A stretch of DNA of 64,000 nucleotides, taken from Parcubacteria group bacterium Gr01-1014_20. GTDB lineage: Bacteria; Patescibacteriota; Minisyncoccia; UBA6257; 2-01-FULL-56-20. The notes below the pieces were generated by a model. It was not told the origin of the DNA and did not search any database. It saw only the letters and a program-made list of their open reading frames with translations. Within the stretch, counting starts at the first letter, position 1. The number at the start of each line of letters is the position of its first letter. Shown one piece after another: positions 38,065 to 46,767 of the stretch. The position numbers and the translations under genes were made by a program. Location: NCBI GenBank assembly GCA_007376265.1, contig VMFW01000003.1, positions 1,315-65,314 on the forward strand. Reading direction: 5' to 3'.

Positions 38065-40152
38065 CTAGCCCTCATCTTCGGGGGAATTAGAGATTTCATC
38101 GTCTTTGTCTGTGGTTTCGGGATTTTCTGGCGACTCTTCTTTCTTTTGTTCGGGATTATCTTTTTTTTCGGTTGGGTTTGTCCAGGAGGCATAGTCGCAG
38201 TCGGGATATCGGCTGCAGCCCCAGAAAATTTTACCTCTGGCTCGGCCCCGTTTATTGACCCGACGCTCGATGACGTCGCCCTCGGCGCACTTAGGGCATT
38301 TCATCCCAACTAATTTTGGACTTTCTTTCGTGGCCTTGGCGTTTTTGCATTCTGGAAATCCAGAACAGGCCATGAATTTTCCGAATCGGCCGAACTTGAT
38401 AACCATTGGCTTTCCGCATTTTTCGCAGACTTCGTCGGTTGTTTCTTCGGCGGGTTTGAATTTAGCAACTTCTTCGTATTTTTTTTCGAGATTTTTGGCA
38501 AAAGGATCATAAAATTCTCTGATGGTTTCTTGCCAGACTTTTCCACCCTCCGCGATTTCATCGAGCTCATTTTCCATCTTGGCAGTAAAATCGATATCGA
38601 CAATCTCTGGGAAATTTTCGGTTAAAACTTTGTTGACTAAGTTGCCAACTTCTGTTGGCTGAAATCGTCCTTGAATTTTTTCAACATAATTTCTGTCTTG
38701 GATCACCGAAATGGTTGGCGCGTAAGTTGAGGGTCGTCCGATACCGTACTTTTCCAGAGTTTTGATGAGACTCGCCTCGTTGTAACGGGGGGGTGGTTCG
38801 GTAAAGTGTTGGATGGGGTTTACGGAAATTAATTTTAGATTTTCGCCGTTTTTTACTTCAGGCAGCTCTTTATCCTCAAGTTTGGCCGGCCAGACTTTGA
38901 GGAATCCGTCAAATTTAACGACACTCCCGTTTGATTGGAGGGTGTATTTTTTGTTTGTGGTTTCGGCCAAGACTTCAATTTTTGTGGCGTCGACTTTGGC
39001 GGCTGGCATTTGAGAAGCTACAAAGCGCCGCCAGATAAGATCGTAGGTTTTTTGCTCGTCCTTTTCGAGAGATCCTTTTGAGGCTCCAAATTCCGATGGC
39101 GAAAAACTTACATGCGTTGGTCGGATGGCTTCATGAGCTTCTTGGGCGAGCTTGGATTTACTCTTATAGCTTTTAGGGCCCTCGGTATATTTTTGGCCGA
39201 AATTTTCTGCGAGCCATGTCGCAGTCGCATCCTGCGACTCTTTAGAAAGATTAGTCGAGTCGGTGCGCATGTAGGTGATGTGACCCTTTTCGTAGAGCGA
39301 TTGGGCCAAGAACATGGTTTTTTTGGCTGAGAATCCGTAGAAGCGCGAAGAGGTTTGCTGGAGGGTGCTTGTGGTAAAAGGGGCTAGAGGATTTTTGTTG
39401 CTTTCGGTTTTTTCAACATTTGTGACTTCGTAGTTTGATTTCTCAAGATCGGATTTGATGTTTTCAGCATCGGTTTGGTTTTTGATGCCGAGTTTTTGAA
39501 CAGTTTCCCCGCCGATTTTTACGAGGTTACTTTCAAGCAGTTGTTTGTTTTTGGTTTCCAGATTGACGGTGACGGTCCAGTATTCGTCGGGTTTAAACTC
39601 CTTTATTTCCGCCTCTCGTTCAGCGATTAGTTTAAGAGCTACTGATTGGACCCTTCCGGCCGAAAGACCTCGCGCGATCTTTTTCCAGAGAAAAGGAGAG
39701 AGTTTGTAGCCAACTAGGCGATCGAGAACCCTCCTCGCTTGTTGGGCATTAATGAGGTTTAAGTCGATGCTTCTTGGGTTTTTGACGGCATTCAAGATGG
39801 CGCTTTTTGTTATTTCGTGGAAGACAATTCTTTTAATGGATTCTTTGGCTCTGCCTTCAAGTTTTAGGGCGTGAATCAGGTGCCAAGCAATAGCTTCCCC
39901 TTCACGGTCTTCGTCAGTGGCTAGGATGATTTCCTTGGCTTTTTCGGCTAGTTTTCTAAGGGCGGTAACGTGTTTCTGGTTTTTTCTTGGGATGATGTAT
40001 TGGGGCTCAAAGTTATTTTCGGGATCGATGCCAAGCTTGCTTTTGGGAAGATCGCGAACATGACCAAAAGAAGACTCGACTTTGTAGTTCGAGCCTAGAA
40101 ACTTACTGATGGTTTTGGCTTTGGTGGGGGATTCGACAATAACTAGATTCAT
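38065..40152 (-). CDS. topA: DNA topoisomerase I
   Basis: LVIVESPTKAK, ATDEDREGE, SAGRVQS, ITYMRTDS, zinc ribbons. Confidence 0.98.
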   Translation of the reverse strand: MNLVIVESPTKAKTISKFLGSNYKVESSFGHVRDLPKSKLGIDPENNFEPQYIIPRKNQKHVTALRKLAEKAKEIILATDEDREGEAIAWHLIHALKLEGRAKESIKRIVFHEITKSAILNAVKNPRSIDLNLINAQQARRVLDRLVGYKLSPFLWKKIARGLSAGRVQSVALKLIAEREAEIKEFKPDEYWTVTVNLETKNKQLLESNLVKIGGETVQKLGIKNQTDAENIKSDLEKSNYEVTNVEKTESNKNPLAPFTTSTLQQTSSRFYGFSAKKTMFLAQSLYEKGHITYMRTDSTNLSKESQDATATWLAENFGQKYTEGPKSYKSKSKLAQEAHEAIRPTHVSFSPSEFGASKGSLEKDEQKTYDLIWRRFVASQMPAAKVDATKIEVLAETTNKKYTLQSNGSVVKFDGFLKVWPAKLEDKELPEVKNGENLKLISVNPIQHFTEPPPRYNEASLIKTLEKYGIGRPSTYAPTISVIQDRNYVEKIQGRFQPTEVGNLVNKVLTENFPEIVDIDFTAKMENELDEIAEGGKVWQETIREFYDPFAKNLEKKYEEVAKFKPAEETTDEVCEKCGKPMVIKFGRFGKFMACSGFPECKNAKATKESPKLVGMKCPKCAEGDVIERRVNKRGRARGKIFWGCSRYPDCDYASWTNPTEKKDNPEQKKEESPENPETTDKDDEISNSPEDEG

Positions 40153-40253
40153 CCCGTTAGAAAATTAAACCTTGCATTGGTTTGACAAACCGACGCCATT
40201 TTTCGCGCTAATAGGTTTTTAATGAGTAAGTTTTTCTCTAGCTTTCTAACGGG
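40153..40253. mobile_element. 101-bp MITE with 11-bp TIR and 6-bp target-site duplication
   Basis: ATTCAT-CCCGTTAGAAA...TTTCTAACGGG-ATTCAT. Confidence 0.85.
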
Positions 40254-40259
40254 ATTCAT

Positions 40260-41315
40260 TTACGAGCTATAAATAGTGTAACCTAGATCGGTTTCTTTAA
40301 TAAACTTTTTTATTAATAGTAGGCTCACGAGCTGGTTGGTAGTTTTGGCATTAAGATTAGTGAGTTCGATGATCTTGTCAATAGTGAGGGTTCCGCCACT
40401 CGCTTGAATGGCGCTTACAATTCGCATCTCTTCGTCGGATAAAAGTGAGAGTTCGCTCGAGGTTTTGGTTGGATTGTACTTTCCGATGAGGTCCTCGATT
40501 ATTTCCTCGGGACGGGTGACTAGAATGGCACCATCGCGGATGAGAGCGTGGGAACCTCGATAGTTGGGGTGGTTGATTGATCCTGGAATAACGTATACGG
40601 TTCGGCCAGCTTCGGCGGCAAATTTGGCCGTGACTAGTGAGCCCGATTTTTCCGGAGCCTCGATAACAAGGGTGGCATCTGCGAGGCCGCTCACGATTCG
40701 GTTTCTTTCTAAAAAGCGATAGGGAAGAGCTGGGGCGCCGACTGGATATTCTGAGATAACGAAACCTCCGGCTTCGATGATTTTTTTTGCCACTTTTTCG
40801 TTTAGTTTTGGGTAAATTGTGTCGAGACCAGTAGCTACAACGGCGATGGTTTGACCCCTCGCCTCAATGGTGCCTAGATGGGCTTCGGTGTCGATGCCGA
40901 TCGCAAGGCCGCTTACGATTTGGATTTTGAGGGTGGCTAGATTTAGTGAAAAATTTCTGGCTATCTCTCGCCCGTTTTCAGTGGCTTTTCGAGTGCCGAC
41001 GATGGCAACCGACCCACTCTTTGGGATCGCCACCTTTTCTTTTCCCAACACATAAATTCCGAAAGGCGGGGATTGGGTTTCCCTGAGCAGAAACGGATAT
41101 TCTGGCTCACTTTCTAGGACCAGTTCGATTTTGTGTCTCTCTAGTTTTTCCCACTCTCTCCTTGGGTCAATTTTGGATTCAAATAGGGTGTTAGTTTTTT
41201 GCCAGGCATTTTCCCAGGATTGGTGTTTTTTGAGTAGGGACGAAAGTTTGGCGTAATTGCTATCGCTCGCGATGTTTAGGGCGTTGTAGAAGATTTTTTC
41301 ATTCATCCATTTCAA
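40260..41315 (-). CDS. dprA: DNA processing protein DprA
   Basis: AIVGTR, VSGLAIGID, RNRIVSGL, EAPEKSGSLVTA. Confidence 0.96.
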   Translation of the reverse strand: MKWMNEKIFYNALNIASDSNYAKLSSLLKKHQSWENAWQKTNTLFESKIDPRREWEKLERHKIELVLESEPEYPFLLRETQSPPFGIYVLGKEKVAIPKSGSVAIVGTRKATENGREIARNFSLNLATLKIQIVSGLAIGIDTEAHLGTIEARGQTIAVVATGLDTIYPKLNEKVAKKIIEAGGFVISEYPVGAPALPYRFLERNRIVSGLADATLVIEAPEKSGSLVTAKFAAEAGRTVYVIPGSINHPNYRGSHALIRDGAILVTRPEEIIEDLIGKYNPTKTSSELSLLSDEEMRIVSAIQASGGTLTIDKIIELTNLNAKTTNQLVSLLLIKKFIKETDLGYTIYSS

Positions 41316-41366
41316 GAATAGTTTAATCGTAACCCATCGGCAAGGTGTGTTATAATTCTCTGGGTA

Positions 41367-41888
41367 ATGGGTAAAAAGTTAAAGATCAGTCTGATTGCCA
41401 TTGGAGTGAGCCTCGCTCTGTTTGCGGTCGTTTTTTTCTGGTTTGATAGTCAGATCCGCGAGCTTGCTACTGTCATAATTCATAAGAGGGGGATAATTAG
41501 CCAGCAGTCTACGCTGAATGAAGTTCTGGCGGCCCTAAAGACAGATTTACCTTTGGCTAAGAGTTACGAAAGTGCAATTGATACGCTTGTGCCACCCAAG
41601 GACCAGCTTTTCTTTGGTTTGCCGAGTTGGATGGACAGCCAGGAGCGGCTTTACGGCGTGAGTGCCAGCTTGAGTTTTGAGGGGAAAGAGGTTGAAGCGA
41701 CAGAAGATACTTTGGGTCGGGTTGGTTTTTTAATGAATGTGACGGGACCACTTGAAAGCGCCTTAACATTTCTTAGGGAAATCGAAACCAGGTCGCCTAG
41801 GTTTTTGATGAGTTTTGATTCCGTGGAGATAGCTAAGACAGACGAAAGTTATAAACTCGCGGTTAGTGGCTACGCTTTTTTTAAGTAA
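41367..41888 (+). CDS. PilO-like type IV pilus alignment protein
   Basis: N-terminal TM, coiled coil, MNVTGP...FLREIE..PRFL ferredoxin-like pattern. Confidence 0.6.
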   Translation: MGKKLKISLIAIGVSLALFAVVFFWFDSQIRELATVIIHKRGIISQQSTLNEVLAALKTDLPLAKSYESAIDTLVPPKDQLFFGLPSWMDSQERLYGVSASLSFEGKEVEATEDTLGRVGFLMNVTGPLESALTFLREIETRSPRFLMSFDSVEIAKTDESYKLAVSGYAFFK

Positions 41889-41895
41889 ATTTTAA

Positions 41896-42102
41896 ATGAA
41901 ACGGTTTTTTAATATTCACTACGAGAAATTCTTGCTCTCCACCTCTTTCCTGTTTTTGGGGCTGGTTCTCGTGTTTTTTATTTGGGGCGCGCGAAGCTTG
42001 ATTGTGTCAATTGGCCAGGCGCTAAATTTTCAGAACACCAATCAGCAAGATGTTAAATTTGATGTAGAGGGCGCGAAACGTCTGAATCTGGTTTCGAATT
42101 AG
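41896..42102 (+). CDS. Small membrane protein
   Basis: 68 aa, one TM, follows pilO-like gene. Confidence 0.6.
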   Translation: MKRFFNIHYEKFLLSTSFLFLGLVLVFFIWGARSLIVSIGQALNFQNTNQQDVKFDVEGAKRLNLVSN

Positions 42103-42228
42103 AAATTTGATTTTTTGGTCTTTTTGGTTTTAAATGTTTTTGTCGGTAGACAATGGTTTGGCAATGAGGGGTAGGGGTTTGTGGGTTTAGTAGGCGGAGT
42201 GTTCGCTTAGCCTTTGTAGGGTGTAGAT

Positions 42229-42300
42229 GCGCGGTTAGCTCAGTGGTAGAGCGCTTCGTTGACATCGAAGAGGTCAGAAGTCCGATCCTTCTACCGCGCA
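42229..42300 (+). tRNA. tRNA-Val(GAC)
   Basis: GCGCGGT stem, CTTCG-TTGACAT-CGAAG anticodon arm; T-loop TCCGATC is non-canonical. Confidence 0.92.
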
Positions 42301-42368
42301 CAGGGGTGAGAGGGGTAGCTTGGAGTTATAGACGAAAGCGTCAGAGTGGTATCACAATACTAAAATTT

Positions 42369-42470
42369 GGGTGACTAGTTCAACTCCGACGCTCAATGAG
42401 AATGAGGTCGGAGTTCCGACTGAAACGTCGGAATGGTAGAACGCTGTCCCTTGATCAAGCAAGCTTGATC
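42369..42470 (+). pseudogene. Interrupted 5'-half copy of tRNA-Ile
   Basis: GGGTGACTAGTTCA [two CCGAC/GTCGG hairpins] TGGTAGAACGCTGTCC [GATCAAGC-AA-GCTTGATC]. Confidence 0.7.
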
Positions 42471-42505
42471 CAAAGAGAGCGTGCTCGTTAAAAATGAAAA
42501 TGTAT

Positions 42506-42577
42506 GGGTGGCTAGTTCAGTGGTAGAACGCTGTCCTGATAAGACAGAGGTCATAGGTTCGATTCCTATGCCACCCA
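42506..42577 (+). tRNA. tRNA-Ile(GAT)
   Basis: GGGTGGC stem, CTGTC-CTGATAA-GACAG anticodon arm, GTTCGATTC. Confidence 0.96.
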
Positions 42578-42602
42578 CAACCTAAAAAATGAATTCTGGA
42601 AC

Positions 42603-43382
42603 ATGAAGCATGAAATTGATGAAAAGACTCAAATTGTGGCGCCTAGGGTGGTTTACGAAGAGCGAGATTTTCTGGTTATAAATAAGCCGTCCGGCTTGCT
42701 TGTTCACAAGACAACCAAATCTTCGAGCGAGGCGACGTTGGTTGATTGGCTCCTTATGAACTATCCCGAAGTCAGAAATGTCGGTGATAACAAAGAGTTT
42801 CGCCCAGGGATTGTTCATCGATTAGACAAAGCAACTTCGGGAGTAATGATCGTTCCCCGAAACCAGGAATATTTTGAGTATATAAAAAATCTTTTTAGGG
42901 AGAAGGGGGTAAAGAAGACTTACTTAGCGCTCGTTTACGGAAAGCCGAAAGATAAAATAGGGGTGATCGATAAGCCGATAGGTTTGAAGCCGGGGTCTAT
43001 AAAGAGAACTGTTTTTGGTGGGAAGATGAAAAAAGAAGCGGTGACGGAATACAAACTTGTATCATGTATCATGTATCATGTATCAAACGAAAAGAAAAAA
43101 GAAAAACCCACACAAGAAATCTCTCTTTTGGAAGTAACGCCGAAGACGGGGAGGACGCATCAGATTCGGGTACATTTGGCGAGTGTCGGATGTCCGGTTT
43201 TGAACGATTCAATTTATGCTCCGAAGAGAGAAAAAGTCGGGACGGGAAGGTTGATGCTCCACGCGCTCACGATTGAGTTTATCCAAAAGAACGGAAGGGG
43301 AATGAGGTTTGAGGCTGATCCGCCGAAAGAGTTTGGAGAAATAATTAGGGGGCTAGAGAGTGGTAGAAGCCATAAAGGCTAA
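42603..43382 (+). CDS. RluA/RluD-family pseudouridine synthase
   Basis: NKPSGLLVH, HRLDKATSG, TGRTHQIRVH, LHA. Confidence 0.95.
   Translation: MKHEIDEKTQIVAPRVVYEERDFLVINKPSGLLVHKTTKSSSEATLVDWLLMNYPEVRNVGDNKEFRPGIVHRLDKATSGVMIVPRNQEYFEYIKNLFREKGVKKTYLALVYGKPKDKIGVIDKPIGLKPGSIKRTVFGGKMKKEAVTEYKLVSCIMYHVSNEKKKEKPTQEISLLEVTPKTGRTHQIRVHLASVGCPVLNDSIYAPKREKVGTGRLMLHALTIEFIQKNGRGMRFEADPPKEFGEIIRGLESGRSHKG
43058..43085 (+). repeat. (TGTATCA)x4 tandem repeat inside the pseudouridine synthase gene
   Basis: TGTATCATGTATCATGTATCATGTATCA. Confidence 0.92.
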
Positions 43383-43481
43383 AATCGAAATTGAGAGTTA
43401 TCCACAGTGGGGCAACTTAACAGAAGTGGACGTGATATAATTAGTTTAATCTTTCGAAAAGGTCGAATTTAAAGAAAAAAT

Positions 43482-44150
43482 TTGATGCAAAGTAAACAAG
43501 TAAAGGGTTTTACCCTGATCGAGCTTTTGATTGTTATCGGTATCATCGCGATTCTGGCCACGGTTGTGATTTTGACTTTAAATCCGGCCGAGCTTTTAAG
43601 GCAAGCACGGGACTCTACTAGGGCGTCAGACTTCTCGACTCTTAAGAGCGCTATTTCGCTTTACGCGGCGGATGTGAGTAATCCAGCCTTTGGAACTAGC
43701 AGTAGAATTGCAGGTCCTGGTGGCTGGTGTTATATCTCTGTCACTAGCGCTCAGGCCAGTCAGGCCAGTTGGGCTACTTCGACGACCAGCTGTAATGGTC
43801 GGGCTTCTTCTACTCTGATTTTAGTGGTTGCCAGCACAACCGAAGGCGCTAAGAGGGGTGTGGATGGTACGGGTTGGATCCCAGTCAACTTTAATACTAT
43901 AAGCTCGGGTGCGCCTCTTTCGGCCTTACCAGTTGACCCAGTGACTCCGAATACTGGTGGTGCTACTGCTGGACAGACAAGCGATGACCGCTATTACGTC
44001 TATCTAACCGATGGAGTCGGGGGATTTGAAGTTAACGCGGTTTTGGAGAGTCTTAAGTATGCCAGTAGCTCTGAAAATGACGGTGGGTCGCACAATGCCC
44101 CGCCATACCTGCTCTACGAGGTCGGAACCGATCCTGGTTTAGACTTATAG
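43482..44150 (+). CDS. Type IV pilin (probable major pilin)
   Basis: Class III signal KG|FTLIELLIVIGIIAILA; ARDSTR; LPVDP. Confidence 0.92.
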   Translation: MMQSKQVKGFTLIELLIVIGIIAILATVVILTLNPAELLRQARDSTRASDFSTLKSAISLYAADVSNPAFGTSSRIAGPGGWCYISVTSAQASQASWATSTTSCNGRASSTLILVVASTTEGAKRGVDGTGWIPVNFNTISSGAPLSALPVDPVTPNTGGATAGQTSDDRYYVYLTDGVGGFEVNAVLESLKYASSSENDGGSHNAPPYLLYEVGTDPGLDL

Positions 44151-44163
44151 CTTAGTTAGTCAT

Positions 44164-44826
44164 ATGCCAATAACAGATAAGTTTGCTCTTATCGTTTTGG
44201 TTGTAACATTGGGGGCGCAGATTCTATATCGGCGCTCCCTTTGCGTTTCGGAGGGGTGGGTAAAAAAGTTATTTGCCAAGTTTTTGTTTTCTACGGTAAT
44301 AAAGTTTTTGTGGATTGCGAGTTTCGTTTTTATCACTTCCGTTTTGACTTATTGGAGTTGGTTGCAGTATGAGGTTTGGCAGGTGAACCCAATCATGAAG
44401 TATGCCCTGCCACCCCACCAGGGTTTATATTACTTTTTTTCGTACATGGGGGTGAGATTTTTGGGGCCGTGGATCCTGGCTTTTCTGGCAGCACTACTTG
44501 TGAGTCGGCTGGCGAAGAAACTGAACAAGAGGTTTGAAGATAGGTTTTTTGAAAATGAAGAGATTGAGCTCATGACTCTCGGGATATTTTTAACGGGGTA
44601 CCCCGGTTTTTTTGTTTACTGGTTTTTAATCTTGGGCGTTGGTTCTCTTGCGTCCGTGGTTTACACTCTTTTTTCGAAAGGAAGAATGCCTTTTTACTAT
44701 CTTTGGATACCGCTCGCCCTATCTGCTATCATTATTGAGAACTGGCTGATTCCGAAGTTGGGTTTGGCTGATATTTTAGGCGCGTTTTCACTGGGGGATT
44801 TTGTGAAAGATTTTTTTGGTTTTTAA
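44164..44826 (+). CDS. Membrane protein resembling the prepilin peptidase (A24) C-terminal region
   Basis: Multi-TM; FFENEEIELMTLGIFLTG and RMPFYYLW resemble G.GD.KL...G and IPF.PF. Confidence 0.5.
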   Translation: MPITDKFALIVLVVTLGAQILYRRSLCVSEGWVKKLFAKFLFSTVIKFLWIASFVFITSVLTYWSWLQYEVWQVNPIMKYALPPHQGLYYFFSYMGVRFLGPWILAFLAALLVSRLAKKLNKRFEDRFFENEEIELMTLGIFLTGYPGFFVYWFLILGVGSLASVVYTLFSKGRMPFYYLWIPLALSAIIIENWLIPKLGLADILGAFSLGDFVKDFFGF

Positions 44827-44876
44827 CCGTTTTAGGGATTACTAATTTAGGTACGAATATATACCAATTTACTTGG

Positions 44877-46592
44877 ATGAAATTACCGATTCCGGCGGAA
44901 CAACTCGAGAAGCGTTTGATTCAGGAGGGTCTTGTCACCCATGAGGCTTTTTCGGAGATCGTGGATGAATCGGGGCGAAAGAATCAGGACGTGATTGATC
45001 TTTTGATATCAAGAGGAATGGTTGAGGGGCGCTATTTGCATAATATCCTGGCGTCGCTTTTGGGCGTGCCGCTCGCATCATTTGAGACCCGCCAGTTCGA
45101 CAAAGAGTTGGTCAAGACTTTGCCTGAAGAAGTGGCCAGAAAGAGAGAGGTGATTATTTTCTCGAAGGAAGAGGATGGGTCTTTAAATGTGGCGATGGCT
45201 GATCCGAGTGACTTGGATACGGTTAAGTACCTCTCTCAATTTTTTGGAGCCAAGATCAATTCCTTTTTAGCCACTGGTTCGGATTTAAATAAGGGTTTTT
45301 CGGTTTATGGCCGACAGTCGGCCCAGGATTTTAAAAAATTAATTGAGGACAATATTCAGGAGTCGCTTCGGGGGCAGGCGAAGACAATTGAGGAGGCGGC
45401 GGCGCTTCTGCCGATTGTTTCGATCGTTGACAACCTGCTTTCTTACGCCATTTCGTCTCGGACGTCGGATATTCACATTGAGGTTTTGGAAGACGTAACA
45501 ATGGTGAGATACCGAATTGACGGAATTCTTTTTGAAATCATGAGAATTCCTAAAGCTATTCATAATGCGATTATCGCCAGAATCAAGATTTTATCCGGCC
45601 TTAAGATTGACGAGCATTATAAACCCCAGGATGGTCGGTTTCACTATCAGATTGTCAATCAGACTGTGGACGTGCGTGTTTCGATTCTACCCACTTTTTA
45701 TGGCGAGAAGGTGGTGATGCGTTTGCTCGAGGCTTCCCAAAAGCCGCTTTCACTTGAGGAACTTGGAATGTTGCCGGATACAGCCAGGATTGTTTCTGAA
45801 AATCTGAAAAAGGCTTACGGGATGGTTCTTTCGTGCGGACCAACCGGATCGGGTAAAACCACCACCCTCTACGCACTGATGGATATTTTGAATAAACCGA
45901 ATGTAAACATTGTGACGGTCGAGGATCCAATCGAATACAACATGCGCTACGTGAATCAGACACAGATGAACCCGCAAGCCGGTATTACATTTGCCTCGGG
46001 ACTCCGCGCGATTTTGAGGCAGGATCCGAACATCATTATGGTGGGTGAGATTCGGGACGCAGAAACCGCTGGAATCGCAGTGCAAGCGGCCTTAACCGGA
46101 CACTTACTCTTATCTTCGCTTCATACAAACGACGCCCCGACCGTTATCCCGAGATTGTTTGACCTAGAAGTGCCGCCATTTTTAGTGGTTTCAGTTTTGA
46201 ACATTATCGTCGCTCAACGGTTGGTGCGAAAAATTTGTCAGACGTGCATTTCATCCTATGAGATAACTCCTGAGATCAGTCGAGTTGTTCAAGAACAGTT
46301 GAAAGAGCTTGCGATTGACGCTGATAAGGTTAAACCACCAAAGAATTTTTATAAAGGAAAAGGTTGTGTGAGTTGCAGTGGGACTGGATACCGGGGGCGG
46401 TTAGGTATCTTTGAGGTTCTGGACGTGAATGAAAAGGTAAAATCTATAATCTTGGGCACCGATTTTACCTTAGAAAAACTGAGGCTAGCTTCGAGGGTAG
46501 CGGGTATGAGGACAATGTTTGAGGATGGATTACAGAAGGTTGAGCTCGCAATGACGACGGTTGATGAGATTTTGAGAGTAATCAGGGAGTAG
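44877..46592 (+). CDS. pilB: Type IV pilus assembly ATPase PilB/GspE
   Basis: SDIHIE, PQDGR, GPTGSGKTTTLY, EDPIEY, LRQDP, GEIRD, TGHLLLSSLHTN, Cys4. Confidence 0.93.
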   Translation: MKLPIPAEQLEKRLIQEGLVTHEAFSEIVDESGRKNQDVIDLLISRGMVEGRYLHNILASLLGVPLASFETRQFDKELVKTLPEEVARKREVIIFSKEEDGSLNVAMADPSDLDTVKYLSQFFGAKINSFLATGSDLNKGFSVYGRQSAQDFKKLIEDNIQESLRGQAKTIEEAAALLPIVSIVDNLLSYAISSRTSDIHIEVLEDVTMVRYRIDGILFEIMRIPKAIHNAIIARIKILSGLKIDEHYKPQDGRFHYQIVNQTVDVRVSILPTFYGEKVVMRLLEASQKPLSLEELGMLPDTARIVSENLKKAYGMVLSCGPTGSGKTTTLYALMDILNKPNVNIVTVEDPIEYNMRYVNQTQMNPQAGITFASGLRAILRQDPNIIMVGEIRDAETAGIAVQAALTGHLLLSSLHTNDAPTVIPRLFDLEVPPFLVVSVLNIIVAQRLVRKICQTCISSYEITPEISRVVQEQLKELAIDADKVKPPKNFYKGKGCVSCSGTGYRGRLGIFEVLDVNEKVKSIILGTDFTLEKLRLASRVAGMRTMFEDGLQKVELAMTTVDEILRVIRE

Positions 46593-46597
46593 GCAAC

Positions 46598-46728
46598 GCT
46601 GGTTCATTGCTTTTCAGAACCGCGGTTGTCCGATTCCAGCGATCGGACCCCGCTGCCGCTCACTCCGACGGCCCTTCAGGACCAAGCCCGTCGGAGCTCC
46701 GAGAGCTTCCGAAAAGCAATGAACCAGC
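46598..46728. mobile_element. 131-bp MITE-like or structured element with 18-bp terminal inverted repeats
   Basis: GCTGGTTCATTGCTTTTC...GAAAAGCAATGAACCAGC, internal GTCCGAT/ATCGGAC and CTCCGACGG/CCGTCGGAG stems. Confidence 0.7.
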
Positions 46729-46767
46729 TTTTTGTTTGGGGGTGAGTGTTTTATAATATTAGGGAAC

